Assembly: GCA_963729715.1 (NCBI GenBank)
Contig: CAVSPA010000005.1
Location: 416,001 to 480,000 of the forward strand
Direction: 5' to 3'
Length of the DNA: 64,000 bases
From: an uncultured delta proteobacterium
GTDB taxonomy: Bacteria; Desulfobacterota; Syntrophia; Syntrophales; UBA2185
Shown here: positions 48,533 through 59,591 of the stretch, in pieces
Layout: the number at the start of each line of letters is the position of its first letter
How positions within the stretch are numbered: the first letter of the stretch is position 1
Translations under genes and position numbers: made by a program
Notes under the pieces: generated by a model
Database searches by the model: none
What the model saw: only the letters and a program-made list of their open reading frames with translations
What the model was told of the DNA's origin: nothing

Positions 48533-48916
48533 TTACGCACCCTGTAACGTTTCAATTATTATTTCGGCGGCACCTCTTGCCTTCTTAAGGAGGGTTGCGT
48601 AATCGATGATTTTTCCGACGAGGTTGACCGCGCTTGCGGGAACCGGGTCAGGCCCAGTACTCATCGGCGTCCGTCCGAAGAATATGGCCATCGCCCTTCC
48701 CGGCGGCCAGTAGCCGATATCGCCGACTTTCACCTTTGTTGTTGCCGTTTCATCGAGAGACGCCTTTACGGGTATCTCAAAGTAATATTCATCGCCCCAT
48801 TCATTGGGCTTTGCCTTGATGGGAAGCCTTGCCGCTATTGCTTTGGCGCATGCTGTGTCGAAGAGCTCTGCCCTTAACGTTGCATTGCCTATGGTTATTT
48901 TCACCTGCTCCGGCAT
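48533..48916 (-). CDS. Cyclophilin-like fold protein (DUF369/TM1367-like)
   Basis: WGDEYYF, GDIGYWPPG.A.AIFFG.TP. Confidence 0.85.
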   Translation of the reverse strand: MPEQVKITIGNATLRAELFDTACAKAIAARLPIKAKPNEWGDEYYFEIPVKASLDETATTKVKVGDIGYWPPGRAMAIFFGRTPMSTGPDPVPASAVNLVGKIIDYATLLKKARGAAEIIIETLQGA

Positions 48917-48982
48917 GACGCAAAATCCCCTCCTTATTCAATATTCGCCGCTATGGCTGCGGCGAATGACTCTTTCGTTTTT

Positions 48983-49753
48983 CTATATGCCGTACATTTC
49001 CATGAATCTGTCTATGATATCAAGGAACTCATCCGGCAATCTCTCTCGCGTGTTCGCGACGATATTCTCGGGTATTTCCCTGTAAAATGCATGGGCAATG
49101 CCTCCTGCAATACATGCCATCGTGTCACTGTCACCGCCGAGAGATACTGCCTTTCTTACGGCTTCTTCGAAATCTTCGGATTCGAGGAAGGCTATTATGG
49201 ACTCCGGTACGGACCCCTGAGACGACACATCAAAGCGGTATCCGGACCTTATATCGTCGAGACTGCGGTTAAGGTCATAAACGAAGCGTTTCTCTATTTC
49301 TCTTCTTATGAAATCCTTATTTTCCCCTTTGCGGGCAAGGAAAATCGAGAGGGCCGTTGCCTGAGCTCCTTTTATACCTTCGGGGTGATTGTGAGTAACA
49401 GCGGCGCTTCTTGCCGCGTCTTCGAGAACAGCTTCAATGGAATCGAAGGCAAAGCCTGTGGGGCTCACTCTCATGGCGGAGCCATTACCCCAGCTGTTGT
49501 ACGGCCCGTTCTGCAAAGAAAATAGCCAGTGATAGAATGCCCCACCATATCCCGCGCGAGGGTACCTTCGCCCGAAGGTTCGGAAAGCTTCTGCGTAATC
49601 GCATTTTTCTAAGATTGAATAGGCCGCTGCTACTGTCAGGACCGTATCGTCCGTAAAATGCGAATGCCGGCCAAAGAGAGGAAAGGCCATAGACTTTATG
49701 GGATGGGCCTCGTACGCGGAGCCGATAACGTCACCTACAATTGCCCCTAACAT
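48983..49753 (-). CDS. ADP-ribosylglycohydrolase family protein
   Basis: GAIVGD..G, FTDDT, SWGNGSAMR, TH.HP, GGDSDT. Confidence 0.92.
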   Translation of the reverse strand: MLGAIVGDVIGSAYEAHPIKSMAFPLFGRHSHFTDDTVLTVAAAYSILEKCDYAEAFRTFGRRYPRAGYGGAFYHWLFSLQNGPYNSWGNGSAMRVSPTGFAFDSIEAVLEDAARSAAVTHNHPEGIKGAQATALSIFLARKGENKDFIRREIEKRFVYDLNRSLDDIRSGYRFDVSSQGSVPESIIAFLESEDFEEAVRKAVSLGGDSDTMACIAGGIAHAFYREIPENIVANTRERLPDEFLDIIDRFMEMYGI

Positions 49754-49833
49754 ATTCACACTGAAGAGAAAAGCTAAGCTGAAAGATCAGAAATTATTGA
49801 AAAGAAGCTATCCGTGACGCAAGGAACTTTTGG

Positions 49834-50673
49834 CTACAGTTTTATTTCCATCCCCTGGTAAACGGCAAAACACTCCAGTTCTTTATTGCTGCCGCCCGCA
49901 ATCTTCCGGCAATCCGCCACTATCTCGTCGATGCGCTCGTCGGACCTTTCCTGATTGTGGTGGAACAATCCGAATTTCCCCACCCGCGCTTCCAGAGCTA
50001 ACCTTAAAGCATCCCGATAAACAGAATGTCCCCAGGTTTTTGTCTTCTTATACTCCTCATCTGTGAATTCGGCGTCATGCACAAGAAGATCTGCGCCTGC
50101 GGAAAAGTCGCGATAAGCCTGGAAGTCGACGCCGCCGGGATGTTTATAAGTCAATTCATTATCCGTGAGGAAGACGAAACTCTTGCCGTCCTCCGTAAAT
50201 CTATACCCCACGCCTTGATTGGGATGGCTGAGCGGGATCGGGGCAATAGACATTGAGTTTATGCTAAAAGTATCCTCGCAGGCCTCATGGTAGATGATAT
50301 CGGCTCTTATGTCTTCAAATTTTACGGGGAAGTTGGGAGGCGACATGATCTTTGAAATCATCTCTTTTACGGATGCCTGCGCAAACGGGCATCCGTACAT
50401 GGCAATCTCCGTCTTTGTGGAATATATGGGCTGGAAGAAAGGGAATCCCATGATATGGTCCCAATGGGCATGGGTGAAGATCATTGTATACCGGAAGCGA
50501 TTTTCGGAAATGAGCCTGTGGCCGAGAGTCCTGATACCCGAACCGGCGTCAATGATGATTATTTCATCATCTTTCGTCCTTATTTCGAGGCAGGTGGTAT
50601 TGCCGCCGTACTTCAGATATTCCTTTCCCGAAACCGGTATGGAACCTCTTGCGCCATAGAATCTGACAATCAT
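49834..50673 (-). CDS. Metallo-beta-lactamase-fold hydrolase
   Basis: GARGSIP, YGGNTTC, DAGSG, THAHWDH, TDNE, WGHS, FHH. Confidence 0.9.
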   Translation of the reverse strand: MIVRFYGARGSIPVSGKEYLKYGGNTTCLEIRTKDDEIIIIDAGSGIRTLGHRLISENRFRYTMIFTHAHWDHIMGFPFFQPIYSTKTEIAMYGCPFAQASVKEMISKIMSPPNFPVKFEDIRADIIYHEACEDTFSINSMSIAPIPLSHPNQGVGYRFTEDGKSFVFLTDNELTYKHPGGVDFQAYRDFSAGADLLVHDAEFTDEEYKKTKTWGHSVYRDALRLALEARVGKFGLFHHNQERSDERIDEIVADCRKIAGGSNKELECFAVYQGMEIKL

Positions 50674-50734
50674 TATATAAGACTCTCCTGATCTTGTTGT
50701 CTGCTTCCCTTATATCATCTGAGAAGTGAAATGC

Positions 50735-51607
50735 CTACCGTGGATTCTTTCCCGTTACCGTGGGATTTTCAGGATAGGAGGTCCATTCGGTGAATGACCC
50801 TTCATAGATCTTGACGCTCGGATAATTAAAGTACCACTTGAATAAAATGAATTCATTCGTCGCTTCACGGCCCGTACCGCACATGCAGATGATGGTCTTC
50901 TCCGGCCGCACGTCATTTGCCTTAAGAATGGCGGATATCTCTTCATCGGATTTCAGAAGACTCCTGTTTGCATCAGTCATTAAAGACGCCCACGGGACAT
51001 TGACAGCGCCAGGGATATGGCCGGGCTTGATCCAGTATGACTGGCCTTCGTAGACATCGGGGGGCCGTGCATCGAGAACCATGACATCTTTGCGATCTTT
51101 TGCCGCCTTGAATTCTTCATATTGTATGTAGAAATCCGCTTGGACCCAGACGGTGAAATCGGATGTAGATGATTCGGGAAACTCTTTCGTCAGCGGCTTC
51201 CCCTCTCTTTTCCATTTATCGAGACCGCCGTCCAAGACATAAACGCAGTCATGACCGAAACGCGCCAGGCTGTACGCCATCATTGTCTGCTCCAGTCCGT
51301 CGCCCCAACCTTTCGCCGCGCCTGTCCCCGTATAAACCACGGCAGGAACACCCGGCTTCAGGCCGGCATAGCGGAGGACAGGCTGTATTGTATCAGGAGG
51401 AACATATCTGGCAGGCATCCCGTCAATATATGTGCGAAACAAACCCTCATTGAGATAAATGGCGCTGGGAATGTGCTGCTCTATATAGTCATGAATATTC
51501 GGCTGCACATCCAGTATAACCATCTCCCGCTTTTTCAGACTTTCACTGAGCCAATCTGTAGAGATCCATTTAACTGTTCCGCTGCCGTAGGGATAGTCCT
51601 TCTTCAT
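50735..51607 (-). CDS. Two-domain rhodanese sulfurtransferase
   Basis: HIP.A, LDGG...W, LDARP, GHIPGA, active-site CGTGRE, YEGSFTEW. Confidence 0.92.
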   Translation of the reverse strand: MKKDYPYGSGTVKWISTDWLSESLKKREMVILDVQPNIHDYIEQHIPSAIYLNEGLFRTYIDGMPARYVPPDTIQPVLRYAGLKPGVPAVVYTGTGAAKGWGDGLEQTMMAYSLARFGHDCVYVLDGGLDKWKREGKPLTKEFPESSTSDFTVWVQADFYIQYEEFKAAKDRKDVMVLDARPPDVYEGQSYWIKPGHIPGAVNVPWASLMTDANRSLLKSDEEISAILKANDVRPEKTIICMCGTGREATNEFILFKWYFNYPSVKIYEGSFTEWTSYPENPTVTGKNPR

Positions 51608-51823
51608 AGTCCACCTCTCAAGACGGTCCGATAAAAATGGATTTGAGCAATGATGCATTAGGAAAATATCGTCATCAAGTGAAAAAATAGCCGCTCGTCC
51701 ATTCATTGTCAAGAATTTATATGTCCAGCAGGTCCGTAATAGGCTGCAAAAAAAGTTTTGCTTTACATGACAATAAACTGTAAATTTTTACTATACGCAT
51801 GAAAATTAGGAGAGGTGGACATT

Positions 51824-52021
51824 ATGAAGACCATTAAGATCAAAGGCATGACATGCAATCACTGTGTCATGGCCGTTACCAAGGCTTTGGAAAAGATCGA
51901 TGGCGTCAAGAATGTGAAGGTAGACCTGGCAAAAGCCGAGGCAACATTCGATGAGGTCAAGCCGGTGGATATGGAAGTCATAAAGGAACGCATCCGGAAG
52001 GCAGGATATGACGTCACCTGA
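51824..52021 (+). CDS. copZ: Copper chaperone (HMA domain)
   Basis: GMTCNHCV motif, 65 aa. Confidence 0.9.
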   Translation: MKTIKIKGMTCNHCVMAVTKALEKIDGVKNVKVDLAKAEATFDEVKPVDMEVIKERIRKAGYDVT

Positions 52022-54278
52022 TAAGACCGACAAAACGACGATCTCCGTTGGTGGCATGACCTGCGCAGCCTGTGTGCGCCGCGTGGAGCAGGCGCTGAAA
52101 TCCGTCGACGGTGTGACGGATGTGGCGGTCAACCTCGCCACTGCCCGGGCGACAATCTCGCATGGCGAAACATGGGGAGGGATCGAGGCGGTTAGGGATG
52201 TAGTCTCCGATCAAGGATATGATTTTCTCGGCATCCTCGACGAGGCCAGGGAAGACCCTATAGCTGTGGCGAGGACAAGGGAGGTCAAAGATCTCCAGAT
52301 TCGATTCGCCGTTGGCGCCTTCCTCAGCGTGATTATTTTTCTCGGCTCCATGCAGCACTGGTTTCCCTTTTTTGCAAATGTGCCGAGGCAGGTAGTGCTG
52401 GTTAGCCTTTTTTTCCTTACGACCCCTGTCGTCTTCTGGGTAGGGAGCAGATTTTATATCGGCGCCATAAAGGCGGCCCGGCAAAAAACAACGGATATGA
52501 ATACGCTCGTGGCGGTCGGGGCGCTTTCGGCATATTTATACTCCGCTCTGGCCACTTTTTTCCCCCGGATTTTTTCAAGCGCCGATATGGCTCCACATGT
52601 TTACTATGACGGCGCCGCCATGATCGTCACTCTGATAATCCTCGGCCGCCTCCTCGAAGCAAGAGCGAAAGGCAGGACGTCCGCAGCCATCAAGAAGCTG
52701 ATGGGGCTCAGGCCGAAGACCGCTCGCGTAATCAGGGGTGATAAAGAAGAAGACGTTCCCATTGACGCGGTCGCGAAAGGAGATCTGATCCTCGTCCGGC
52801 CGGGAGAAAAGGTCCCCACGGACGGTGTCGTCGTTTCCGGCAGCTCTTCCGTCGATGAATCCATGCTGACCGGTGAAAGTATGCCTGTCGTTAAAGAGGC
52901 CGGCGAGCATGTGTTCGGCGCCACGCTGAACAAGACCGGCAGCTTCACCTTCAGGGCAACAAAAGTGGGATCAGAGACTGCCCTGGCCCAGGTCATTCGT
53001 CTCGTCGAACAGGCGCAGGGCTCCAAGGCCCCCATCCAGAGACTGGCCGACAAGGTCGCGTCCATCTTTGTGCCTGTTGTTTTCGCCATTGGCATAATTA
53101 CATTTATAGTCTGGTACTTCTTCGTTCCCGATCACATTTTCAGCAGGGCTTTGTTGAATTTTGCATCCGTCCTGGTTATTGCCTGCCCCTGCGCCCTCGG
53201 TCTCGCGACGCCGACGGCGATCATGGTGGGAACCGGCCTCGGCGCCGAACACGGCATTCTGATCAAGGGTGGTGAAAGTCTGGAAAACGCCTACAAGCTC
53301 ACGACGGTGGTCTTCGACAAGACCGGTACGCTGACCAAGGGAGAACCGGAAGTGACTGATATAGCAACTTCTCCCGGCTATGAGCAGAACGGCATCCTTG
53401 AGATTGCCATATCCATCGAGGCCGTCTCGGAACATCCCGTTGCCGCGGCCATCGTGGAGAGCGGACGCCATGCCAGTGTTGCTGCTCTTTCCGTGGAAAA
53501 ATTTGAGGCTTTCGCCGGTCTCGGAGCCGGAGCGTTTATAAGAGGACGGTACTGCCTTCTCGGAAATCAGAGGCTCATGGAAATGAAAGAGATCAGGCTC
53601 GAAAGTCTCGCAGAAATAGCGGGGACGCTCGCCGCGGAAGGAAAGACATGCGTATTCATCGCCGAGGGAAATAAGGCGATCGGTCTTATCGGCCTTGCCG
53701 ACGTGCCGAGGGAATCGGCAAAAGAAACTGTCGCCACGCTGAAGGCCATGGGCTTAAAGGTCGCCCTCATTACGGGAGACAATATGAATACCGGAAGGGC
53801 CGTCGGCGGCGCCCTCGGCATAGATCATGTCATGGCGGAGGTTTTGCCGGCAGATAAGGCAGCAGAAATAAAACGACTTCACGAACAGGGCGAGGTCGTT
53901 GCCATGGTGGGCGACGGCATCAACGATGCGCCCGCATTGGCAGCGGCGGATATAGGGATTGCCATCGGCGCCGGCACGGACGTGGCGATAGAAGCAAGCG
54001 ATATAACCCTTATCAAGGATGACCTGCTCTCCGTGCCGATGGCGATCAGGCTTTCCCGGGAGACAGTAAAGGTGATCAGGCAGAACCTCTTTTGGGCCTT
54101 CATCTATAACATACTTGGCATACCCATTGCTGCGGGCGCATTGTATCCGCTTTTCGGAATTCTCCTCAACCCGCAGTTTGCCGCAGCCGCCATGGCGCTG
54201 AGCTCTGTATCCGTAGTGAGCAACTCCCTGCGCCTCCGGAGGGCAAATTTTTTCGGTCCGTTGGTTTCTTCAAAGTGA
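52008..54278 (+). CDS. copA: Cu(I)-translocating P1B-type ATPase
   Basis: [33 protein letters not shown] and MALSS. Confidence 0.95.
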   Translation: MTSPDKTDKTTISVGGMTCAACVRRVEQALKSVDGVTDVAVNLATARATISHGETWGGIEAVRDVVSDQGYDFLGILDEAREDPIAVARTREVKDLQIRFAVGAFLSVIIFLGSMQHWFPFFANVPRQVVLVSLFFLTTPVVFWVGSRFYIGAIKAARQKTTDMNTLVAVGALSAYLYSALATFFPRIFSSADMAPHVYYDGAAMIVTLIILGRLLEARAKGRTSAAIKKLMGLRPKTARVIRGDKEEDVPIDAVAKGDLILVRPGEKVPTDGVVVSGSSSVDESMLTGESMPVVKEAGEHVFGATLNKTGSFTFRATKVGSETALAQVIRLVEQAQGSKAPIQRLADKVASIFVPVVFAIGIITFIVWYFFVPDHIFSRALLNFASVLVIACPCALGLATPTAIMVGTGLGAEHGILIKGGESLENAYKLTTVVFDKTGTLTKGEPEVTDIATSPGYEQNGILEIAISIEAVSEHPVAAAIVESGRHASVAALSVEKFEAFAGLGAGAFIRGRYCLLGNQRLMEMKEIRLESLAEIAGTLAAEGKTCVFIAEGNKAIGLIGLADVPRESAKETVATLKAMGLKVALITGDNMNTGRAVGGALGIDHVMAEVLPADKAAEIKRLHEQGEVVAMVGDGINDAPALAAADIGIAIGAGTDVAIEASDITLIKDDLLSVPMAIRLSRETVKVIRQNLFWAFIYNILGIPIAAGALYPLFGILLNPQFAAAAMALSSVSVVSNSLRLRRANFFGPLVSSK

Positions 54279-54287
54279 CGCCGTCAA

Positions 54288-55031
54288 TTATTCCCTGATC
54301 TCCGGCGAGGCATTCGGGTCGAAGGGATTCGTTCTCATGGCGAAGGAAAAGAGATACGGATAATTTTCCCGCAGGTGCTTCATGTAGCTCAGCCATTCCG
54401 AGATCAACAGGCTGTAAGCCCTCTGCATGTCTCCCGCTATGTGCCTCAAGTCCAGCTCCGATAGGTTGCTTAGATCCGGCCGTGATTCAAGCTCTTCGGC
54501 CAGGTGGAATACTGACATGAGGAGGCTGGTGAACGCGTCATGCTCGAGGAGGTTCTGATTCTCGAGGAGCCTCATCATGAACTCCCTTTCCTTTACAAGC
54601 TTCTGTTTCAGGCTACCCAGATCTCCCCTGCGGATGCTGATTGCATAATCATATTTCTTCAGTCGCTTGCTCATATCGAGGAATTCCCCGGCAGACCATT
54701 GATTAGTAATGATGAGGTCCCGTCTGATCCTATCCGCGTTGGGGTCAAATTCAGAAAAGAATTTCAACAGGTCTTTACCGACTACGCTGAAGAAAGATCC
54801 GATGACCATGTTCAATCTTTCGAGAATGATTTTTCTTTCTCTGACGGCGAGGACTTCATGGATGATCAGTGTGACCAACAAGACTTCGATAAAGACGAAT
54901 GCGATATCGCCGATGAGACGATAGAATATGTGGTAGGCATCCCGGAAAAGGGCATAGTGGATGAGATAAAAAATCGCTGAAAGTGTAACCAATGATATTC
55001 CGAGAAGGAGCTGCCATTTGATATTTTTCAT
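54288..55031 (-). CDS. Hypothetical membrane-anchored protein (2 N-terminal TM)
   Basis: ORF with LNMVIG.FFS, NLLEH, YPYLFS...RTNPFD. Confidence 0.75.
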   Translation of the reverse strand: MKNIKWQLLLGISLVTLSAIFYLIHYALFRDAYHIFYRLIGDIAFVFIEVLLVTLIIHEVLAVRERKIILERLNMVIGSFFSVVGKDLLKFFSEFDPNADRIRRDLIITNQWSAGEFLDMSKRLKKYDYAISIRRGDLGSLKQKLVKEREFMMRLLENQNLLEHDAFTSLLMSVFHLAEELESRPDLSNLSELDLRHIAGDMQRAYSLLISEWLSYMKHLRENYPYLFSFAMRTNPFDPNASPEIRE

Positions 55032-55047
55032 AATTAAGTCTCGCAAG

Positions 55048-55749
55048 TTACTTCGCAATCGGTCTCTCTCCGAAGATGCTCCTCCCTACCCTTACGATCG
55101 TCGCCCCTTCCTCAACGGCAACCTCGTAATCTCCGGACATGCCCATGGAGAGTTCCCGCATTTCAACGCGATTGATATTTTCATCACTAATCCCGCCTCT
55201 CAACTCCCGCAGTGCCGCAAAATAGGGTCTCGCGTCTTCGGGGTTATCAAACCACGGGGCCATGGTCATGAGACCCTGTATGGAAAGATTATTGAGGGCT
55301 GATATGTCCTTGACGAGTTGCATGGCCTCTTCGTGTGGGACGCCACTTTTCGTTTTCTCGCTGCTGATATTAACTTCGATCAGTATTTTCGTTACAAGAT
55401 CTGCAGCACAGGCTCTCCTGTCAAGCTCAACGGCCAGATCCATTCTGCCCACGGAATGGATCATATCAAAGAGCTTCACTGCATATTTGGCCTTGTTGCT
55501 CTGAAGGTAGCCGATCATATGCCACTCGATTGTCCTCCCCATCTTCTCAATCTTTCTCTTCGCCTCCTGAACATAGCTTTCCCCGATGATATCGACGCCG
55601 GCCTCGATAGCTTCCATGATCCTTTCGTCATCCACCGTCTTGGTCACGGCCATGAGCCTGACATCGGAAGCCTTCCGGCCCGCGCGCGAAGCGGCGCCGG
55701 CAATGTCGCTCCTGATCCTTTCGATATTAGCCTTCACCGTCGATTCCAT
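55048..55749 (-). CDS. yggS: PLP homeostasis protein
   Basis: AVTK, WHMIG.LQSNK, GLMTM, LSMGMSGD, VRVG..IFG. Confidence 0.95.
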   Translation of the reverse strand: MESTVKANIERIRSDIAGAASRAGRKASDVRLMAVTKTVDDERIMEAIEAGVDIIGESYVQEAKRKIEKMGRTIEWHMIGYLQSNKAKYAVKLFDMIHSVGRMDLAVELDRRACAADLVTKILIEVNISSEKTKSGVPHEEAMQLVKDISALNNLSIQGLMTMAPWFDNPEDARPYFAALRELRGGISDENINRVEMRELSMGMSGDYEVAVEEGATIVRVGRSIFGERPIAK

Positions 55750-56347
55750 CGCTTACTCCGGCAAAGCCTATGGCCCCGATCCTTTTCAGTGCATCCACAA
55801 CCTCGCACAGGGGAAGGCCCATGACATTTGTGTATGAACCGTGTATCTCTTTTATGAAGAAGGCGCCCATTCCCTGCACGGCGTATCCCCCGGCCTTGTC
55901 GTATGGTTCCTGCGATTTTATGTACCACGCCGCTTCATCTTCCGGAATTTCCCGGAAGCGGACAGAAGATAGAACGGCGTCTCTGATCAGGATATCGGCG
56001 CTCTTCCTCACTACCGTGAAACCCGTGAAGACTGTATGGATTTGCCCGCTCAGCTTGCCCAGCATCTCTTTTGCCTCATCAGGTGTCTGGGGCTTGCCGA
56101 GTACGTCGCCATTGATAATGACGATGGTGTCCGCACCCATTACCCAAGCCTCAGGATGGAGCATGGAGGCAATCCGCGCTTTTTCTTCCGAGAGTCTCAG
56201 GACATGATCCCGCGGTGCTTCCCCTTTGATGAACTTCTCATCGACGTTACTCGGCATTATCTCAAAGCGTAATCCGAGGATACTCAAAAGCTCAATCCGG
56301 CGGGGAGATGCGGACGCGAGGATAAACCTTCCGAACGTGGTCACCAC
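55727..56347 (-). CDS. maf: Maf nucleoside triphosphate pyrophosphatase
   Basis: LASASPRR, GADT, GKP, DKAGGY..QG, NVMGLP. Confidence 0.95.
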   Translation of the reverse strand: MVTTFGRFILASASPRRIELLSILGLRFEIMPSNVDEKFIKGEAPRDHVLRLSEEKARIASMLHPEAWVMGADTIVIINGDVLGKPQTPDEAKEMLGKLSGQIHTVFTGFTVVRKSADILIRDAVLSSVRFREIPEDEAAWYIKSQEPYDKAGGYAVQGMGAFFIKEIHGSYTNVMGLPLCEVVDALKRIGAIGFAGVSDGIDGEG

Positions 56348-57423
56348 TATAGATATTCCTTCTTTTTCTTATCTTCCAGGATGTCCACGACCTTTTTTAC
56401 ATCCTGGGAACTGCCCCGCTTACAGATCAGCAGAGAATCTTCCGTGTCCACAACTATCAGGTCTTCCACACCAAGCAGGACGACAAGCTTCCGCGGACCG
56501 TGGATGAGTGAATTCCTGGCATCGACGCCAACGAAGAGATCGCGGCATGTTGCGGCATTTCCATTTTCGTCCTTGTCTGACACTTCCCACAGTGCATCCC
56601 AGGACCCCATGTCGGACCAGCCGAAGTCTCCTTCAATGAGAAGCACATTATCGGCCCTTTCCATGACACCGTAATCAATGGAAATGGATGGAATCGTTTG
56701 GTACACACGCCGGACGGCTTCACCTTCTCTCTCCGTCCCTGCGGCATCTTCTATGCTTATGAGACCTTCATGGATCCGGGGAAGCCATTTTTCGATTGCC
56801 CCCAGTATTGCGTCGACATTCCACACGAACATCCCGCTATTCCAGTAAAAGCCTCCTCTTTTCAAGAACGCCTTCGCTTGTTTGAGTGGAGGTTTTTCCC
56901 TGATGGATTTCACCTTGTAGATGCTTTCGCCGTCGATGGCAGCTTTGAGATCGCCCTTTTCAATATAGCCGTAGCCGATCTCGGGACTGGTTGGTGTTAT
57001 GCCGATTGTGACAAGGTAATTGCTGCGGCCGGCCATGTCGGCGGCAATGGAAAGGAGGTGACGAAATCGCAGCGCGTCATGAATCAGATGGTCCGCAGGG
57101 AGTACGACCATAATATCGCCAGGAGACTTCCGCCTGATGTGGAGAGCGGCAAGACCTATGCAGGGAGCGGTGTTTCGGCCGAGAGGTTCGATGATGATGT
57201 TCTCCTTGGGAATATACGGCACCTGCCTCATCAGCTCATCGGCATGGCTCTCTCCTGTAACGATCAGGATATTCTCCTCGGGGATAAGAGGCGCTATTCT
57301 CTCTATCGTCTCCTGGATAATCGTCCTGGGAGAGACCATATCGAGGAGATGCTTGGGCAGCCTTTCCCTGCTCTTCGGCCAGAAACGGGTGCCCTTGCCC
57401 CCCGCCATGATCACCGCGTACAT
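56347..57423 (-). CDS. manC: Mannose-1-phosphate guanylyltransferase
   Basis: MAGGKGTRFWP.SR..PK, EP.GRNTAP, PADH, EKP, WNSGMF, SIDYGVME, WSD.GSW. Confidence 0.92.
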   Translation of the reverse strand: MYAVIMAGGKGTRFWPKSRERLPKHLLDMVSPRTIIQETIERIAPLIPEENILIVTGESHADELMRQVPYIPKENIIIEPLGRNTAPCIGLAALHIRRKSPGDIMVVLPADHLIHDALRFRHLLSIAADMAGRSNYLVTIGITPTSPEIGYGYIEKGDLKAAIDGESIYKVKSIREKPPLKQAKAFLKRGGFYWNSGMFVWNVDAILGAIEKWLPRIHEGLISIEDAAGTEREGEAVRRVYQTIPSISIDYGVMERADNVLLIEGDFGWSDMGSWDALWEVSDKDENGNAATCRDLFVGVDARNSLIHGPRKLVVLLGVEDLIVVDTEDSLLICKRGSSQDVKKVVDILEDKKKKEYL

Positions 57424-57750
57424 CGGCTCAGTTTTCCTCCTTCATAAATTTTCAGCAGCATGCATTTGAGAATAAGATCTGCAGTAAATCCCTACGAATC
57501 GTTTCACCTGTTCAGGTCTGATTCGACAGAGTCCCTTTTCCGCGACTCTGCCTTGAAGCGGACCCAGTTTCACTCAGCTACCGTAACAAAAGAAAGGGTG
57601 ATTATCAATGTAAATAATAGATTACGGATATCAGCATCCGATGCGCCGGACAGCAGTATAATAGGCATTCGACTGAAAAGACTGCATCTTAAATTACGTT
57701 TCATCGCGAGAAGATATCATACAGATTGTCCTTGACAGTTACGCACGAAT

Positions 57751-57777
57751 GTATCACTAATATCGCAAATGTGCCAC
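57751..57777. promoter_or_regulatory. Putative NikR operator overlapping the nikR promoter
   Basis: GTATCAC-N13-GTGCCAC; TTGACA at 57732. Confidence 0.6.
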
Positions 57778-57786
57778 AGGTGAGCC

Positions 57787-58191
57787 ATGTCTAAGATAAT
57801 CAGATTCGGCGTTTCCTTAGAAGAAGCATTGCTTCATAATTTTGACAGCTTGATCAAGAAACGCAAATACACAAATCGCTCCGAAGCGATTCGTGATCTG
57901 ATCCGTCAGGAATTGCTGAAGCAAGACTTGGAAGAGGACCGGGACGTTGCCGGCGCAATAACCTTCATCTATGACCATCATCAGCGTGACCTCTTGAACA
58001 AGATTATCGACATCCAGCATGATCATCAGTATATCATCCAGTCATCGCAACACATCCATCTGGACCACCATAACTGCCTAGAGATCGTGGCTGTAAAAGG
58101 GAATGCCGGGAAGGTAAAAAAACTCGCCGACACCTTAAGAGCCCTCAAGGGAGTCAAGCACGGATCATTGAGCGTATCGGGCACCGGGTGA
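57787..58191 (+). CDS. nikR: Nickel-responsive regulator
   Basis: RFGVS RHH strand, NRSEAIRDLIR, YDHH, H.HLDHHNCLE. Confidence 0.96.
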   Translation: MSKIIRFGVSLEEALLHNFDSLIKKRKYTNRSEAIRDLIRQELLKQDLEEDRDVAGAITFIYDHHQRDLLNKIIDIQHDHQYIIQSSQHIHLDHHNCLEIVAVKGNAGKVKKLADTLRALKGVKHGSLSVSGTG

Positions 58192-58229
58192 ATCACACAG
58201 AAAGGAAGACATTATTTTTTTGCTGATTG

Positions 58230-58256
58230 GTGGCACTATTATAAAGATAATAACAC
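58230..58256. promoter_or_regulatory. Second putative NikR operator, downstream of nikR
   Basis: GTGGCAC-N13-ATAACAC; same half-site type and spacing as 57751-57777. Confidence 0.55.
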
Positions 58257-58380
58257 GTGACAATGTCGCCGGGAAAATGCAGGTCAGGCTGGATGAAGAA
58301 GTTTCTTATAGCCGCGCAAAGCTCATTGCATTTTAATCTTTAAGCCGGTACATTACCGGAAACAAGAGGTGTTTTTTGCC

Positions 58381-59571
58381 ATGACGGATAAATATCCCAG
58401 AATATTCCTCAAGCCAGGCCGCGACGCCTCGCTCTTGCGCGGGCATCCGTGGGTCTTTTCCGGAGCAGTTGCCGGAACAGAGGGCGAACTCGAACTTGGC
58501 GACATTGCCGTTGCCGTAACACATGAGCGTCAGCCCATGGCTCTGGGCTTCTACAATCCCACGTCTGACATCGCCTTCCGATTACTGACTGCGGAGACAA
58601 CGGCAGCAGTTGATTATACGTTCTGGCAGAAACGAATTCGCGAGGCCATGTCCTTAAGGGAGAAAGTGTTGCCCGAGGGAACGACGGCCTATCGCCTGAT
58701 TAACGCGGAGGGAGACTGGATGCCCGGGCTCATTGTCGACAGATATGCAGATTACATGGCTCTATCGATAGAGACGGCAGGAATGGAGAAGCATCGTGAT
58801 GCTGTTGTGAAAATACTCTCCGAAGAGATGCGGCCACTCGGTATTTACGAGCGGAGCGAAGGCCGGGCACGGCAGTTGGAAAGTTTAGATGATCATACCG
58901 GCATAGTCTACGGCGAGAGCCCGCCCCCGACAATCGAGATCACGGAAGATCATCTGTACTTCAAGGTGGATATAATCTCAGGGCAGAAGACTGGTTTTTT
59001 CCTGGATCAGCGGACGAACAGGAAGATTGCCGAACGATTAAGCAATCAGGCAAACGTCCTAAATTGTTTTTCATACACCGGCGCTTTTTCCGTCTACTGC
59101 GCCCGGGGAGGTGCCCGGCGTGTGATTTCCGTCGAGTCTTCGGAAGCAGCAAATGAAATAGCCAGAGGGAATCTAGAAAGAAACGGTTTTTCATCGGAGC
59201 AACACCCTGTAGTAAGGGCCGATGTCTTTAAATATCTGCGCGAGACGAAGGAACTCTTCGATCTGATTATCTTAGACCCGCCGGCATTTGCGAGAGCGAA
59301 GAAAGACGTAACGAAGGCCTCACGGGGCTATAAAGATATCAATCTGCAGGCCGCAAGAGCCCTCACGGAGGGCGGTTTGCTCGCTACCTTTTCCTGCTCC
59401 AATTATATTGGAGGGACGCTTTTTGAAAAGATTGTTCTCGGCGCCATGCGTGATGCCGGCAAATCGGCCCGGCTGCTTCACGCAATGGGTCCCGGACCGG
59501 ATCATCCTATAAATCTCGGACATCCAGAGGGACACTACCTCACCGGATTATTGCTGAATGTAACAAGATAA
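58381..59571 (+). CDS. rlmI: 23S rRNA m5C1962 methyltransferase-like protein
   Basis: PUA domain GHPWVFSG, EGD..PGLIVDRY, GQKTGFFLDQR, FSYTG, LDPPAF, SCS. Confidence 0.88.
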   Translation: MTDKYPRIFLKPGRDASLLRGHPWVFSGAVAGTEGELELGDIAVAVTHERQPMALGFYNPTSDIAFRLLTAETTAAVDYTFWQKRIREAMSLREKVLPEGTTAYRLINAEGDWMPGLIVDRYADYMALSIETAGMEKHRDAVVKILSEEMRPLGIYERSEGRARQLESLDDHTGIVYGESPPPTIEITEDHLYFKVDIISGQKTGFFLDQRTNRKIAERLSNQANVLNCFSYTGAFSVYCARGGARRVISVESSEAANEIARGNLERNGFSSEQHPVVRADVFKYLRETKELFDLIILDPPAFARAKKDVTKASRGYKDINLQAARALTEGGLLATFSCSNYIGGTLFEKIVLGAMRDAGKSARLLHAMGPGPDHPINLGHPEGHYLTGLLLNVTR

Positions 59572-59591
59572 GAGGACAGAAAAGAGTACCC

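Noticed and set aside
57490..57575. CTGA...GAAAC motifs suggesting a hammerhead ribozyme
   Set aside because: CUGANGA core and three-stem junction cannot be assembled
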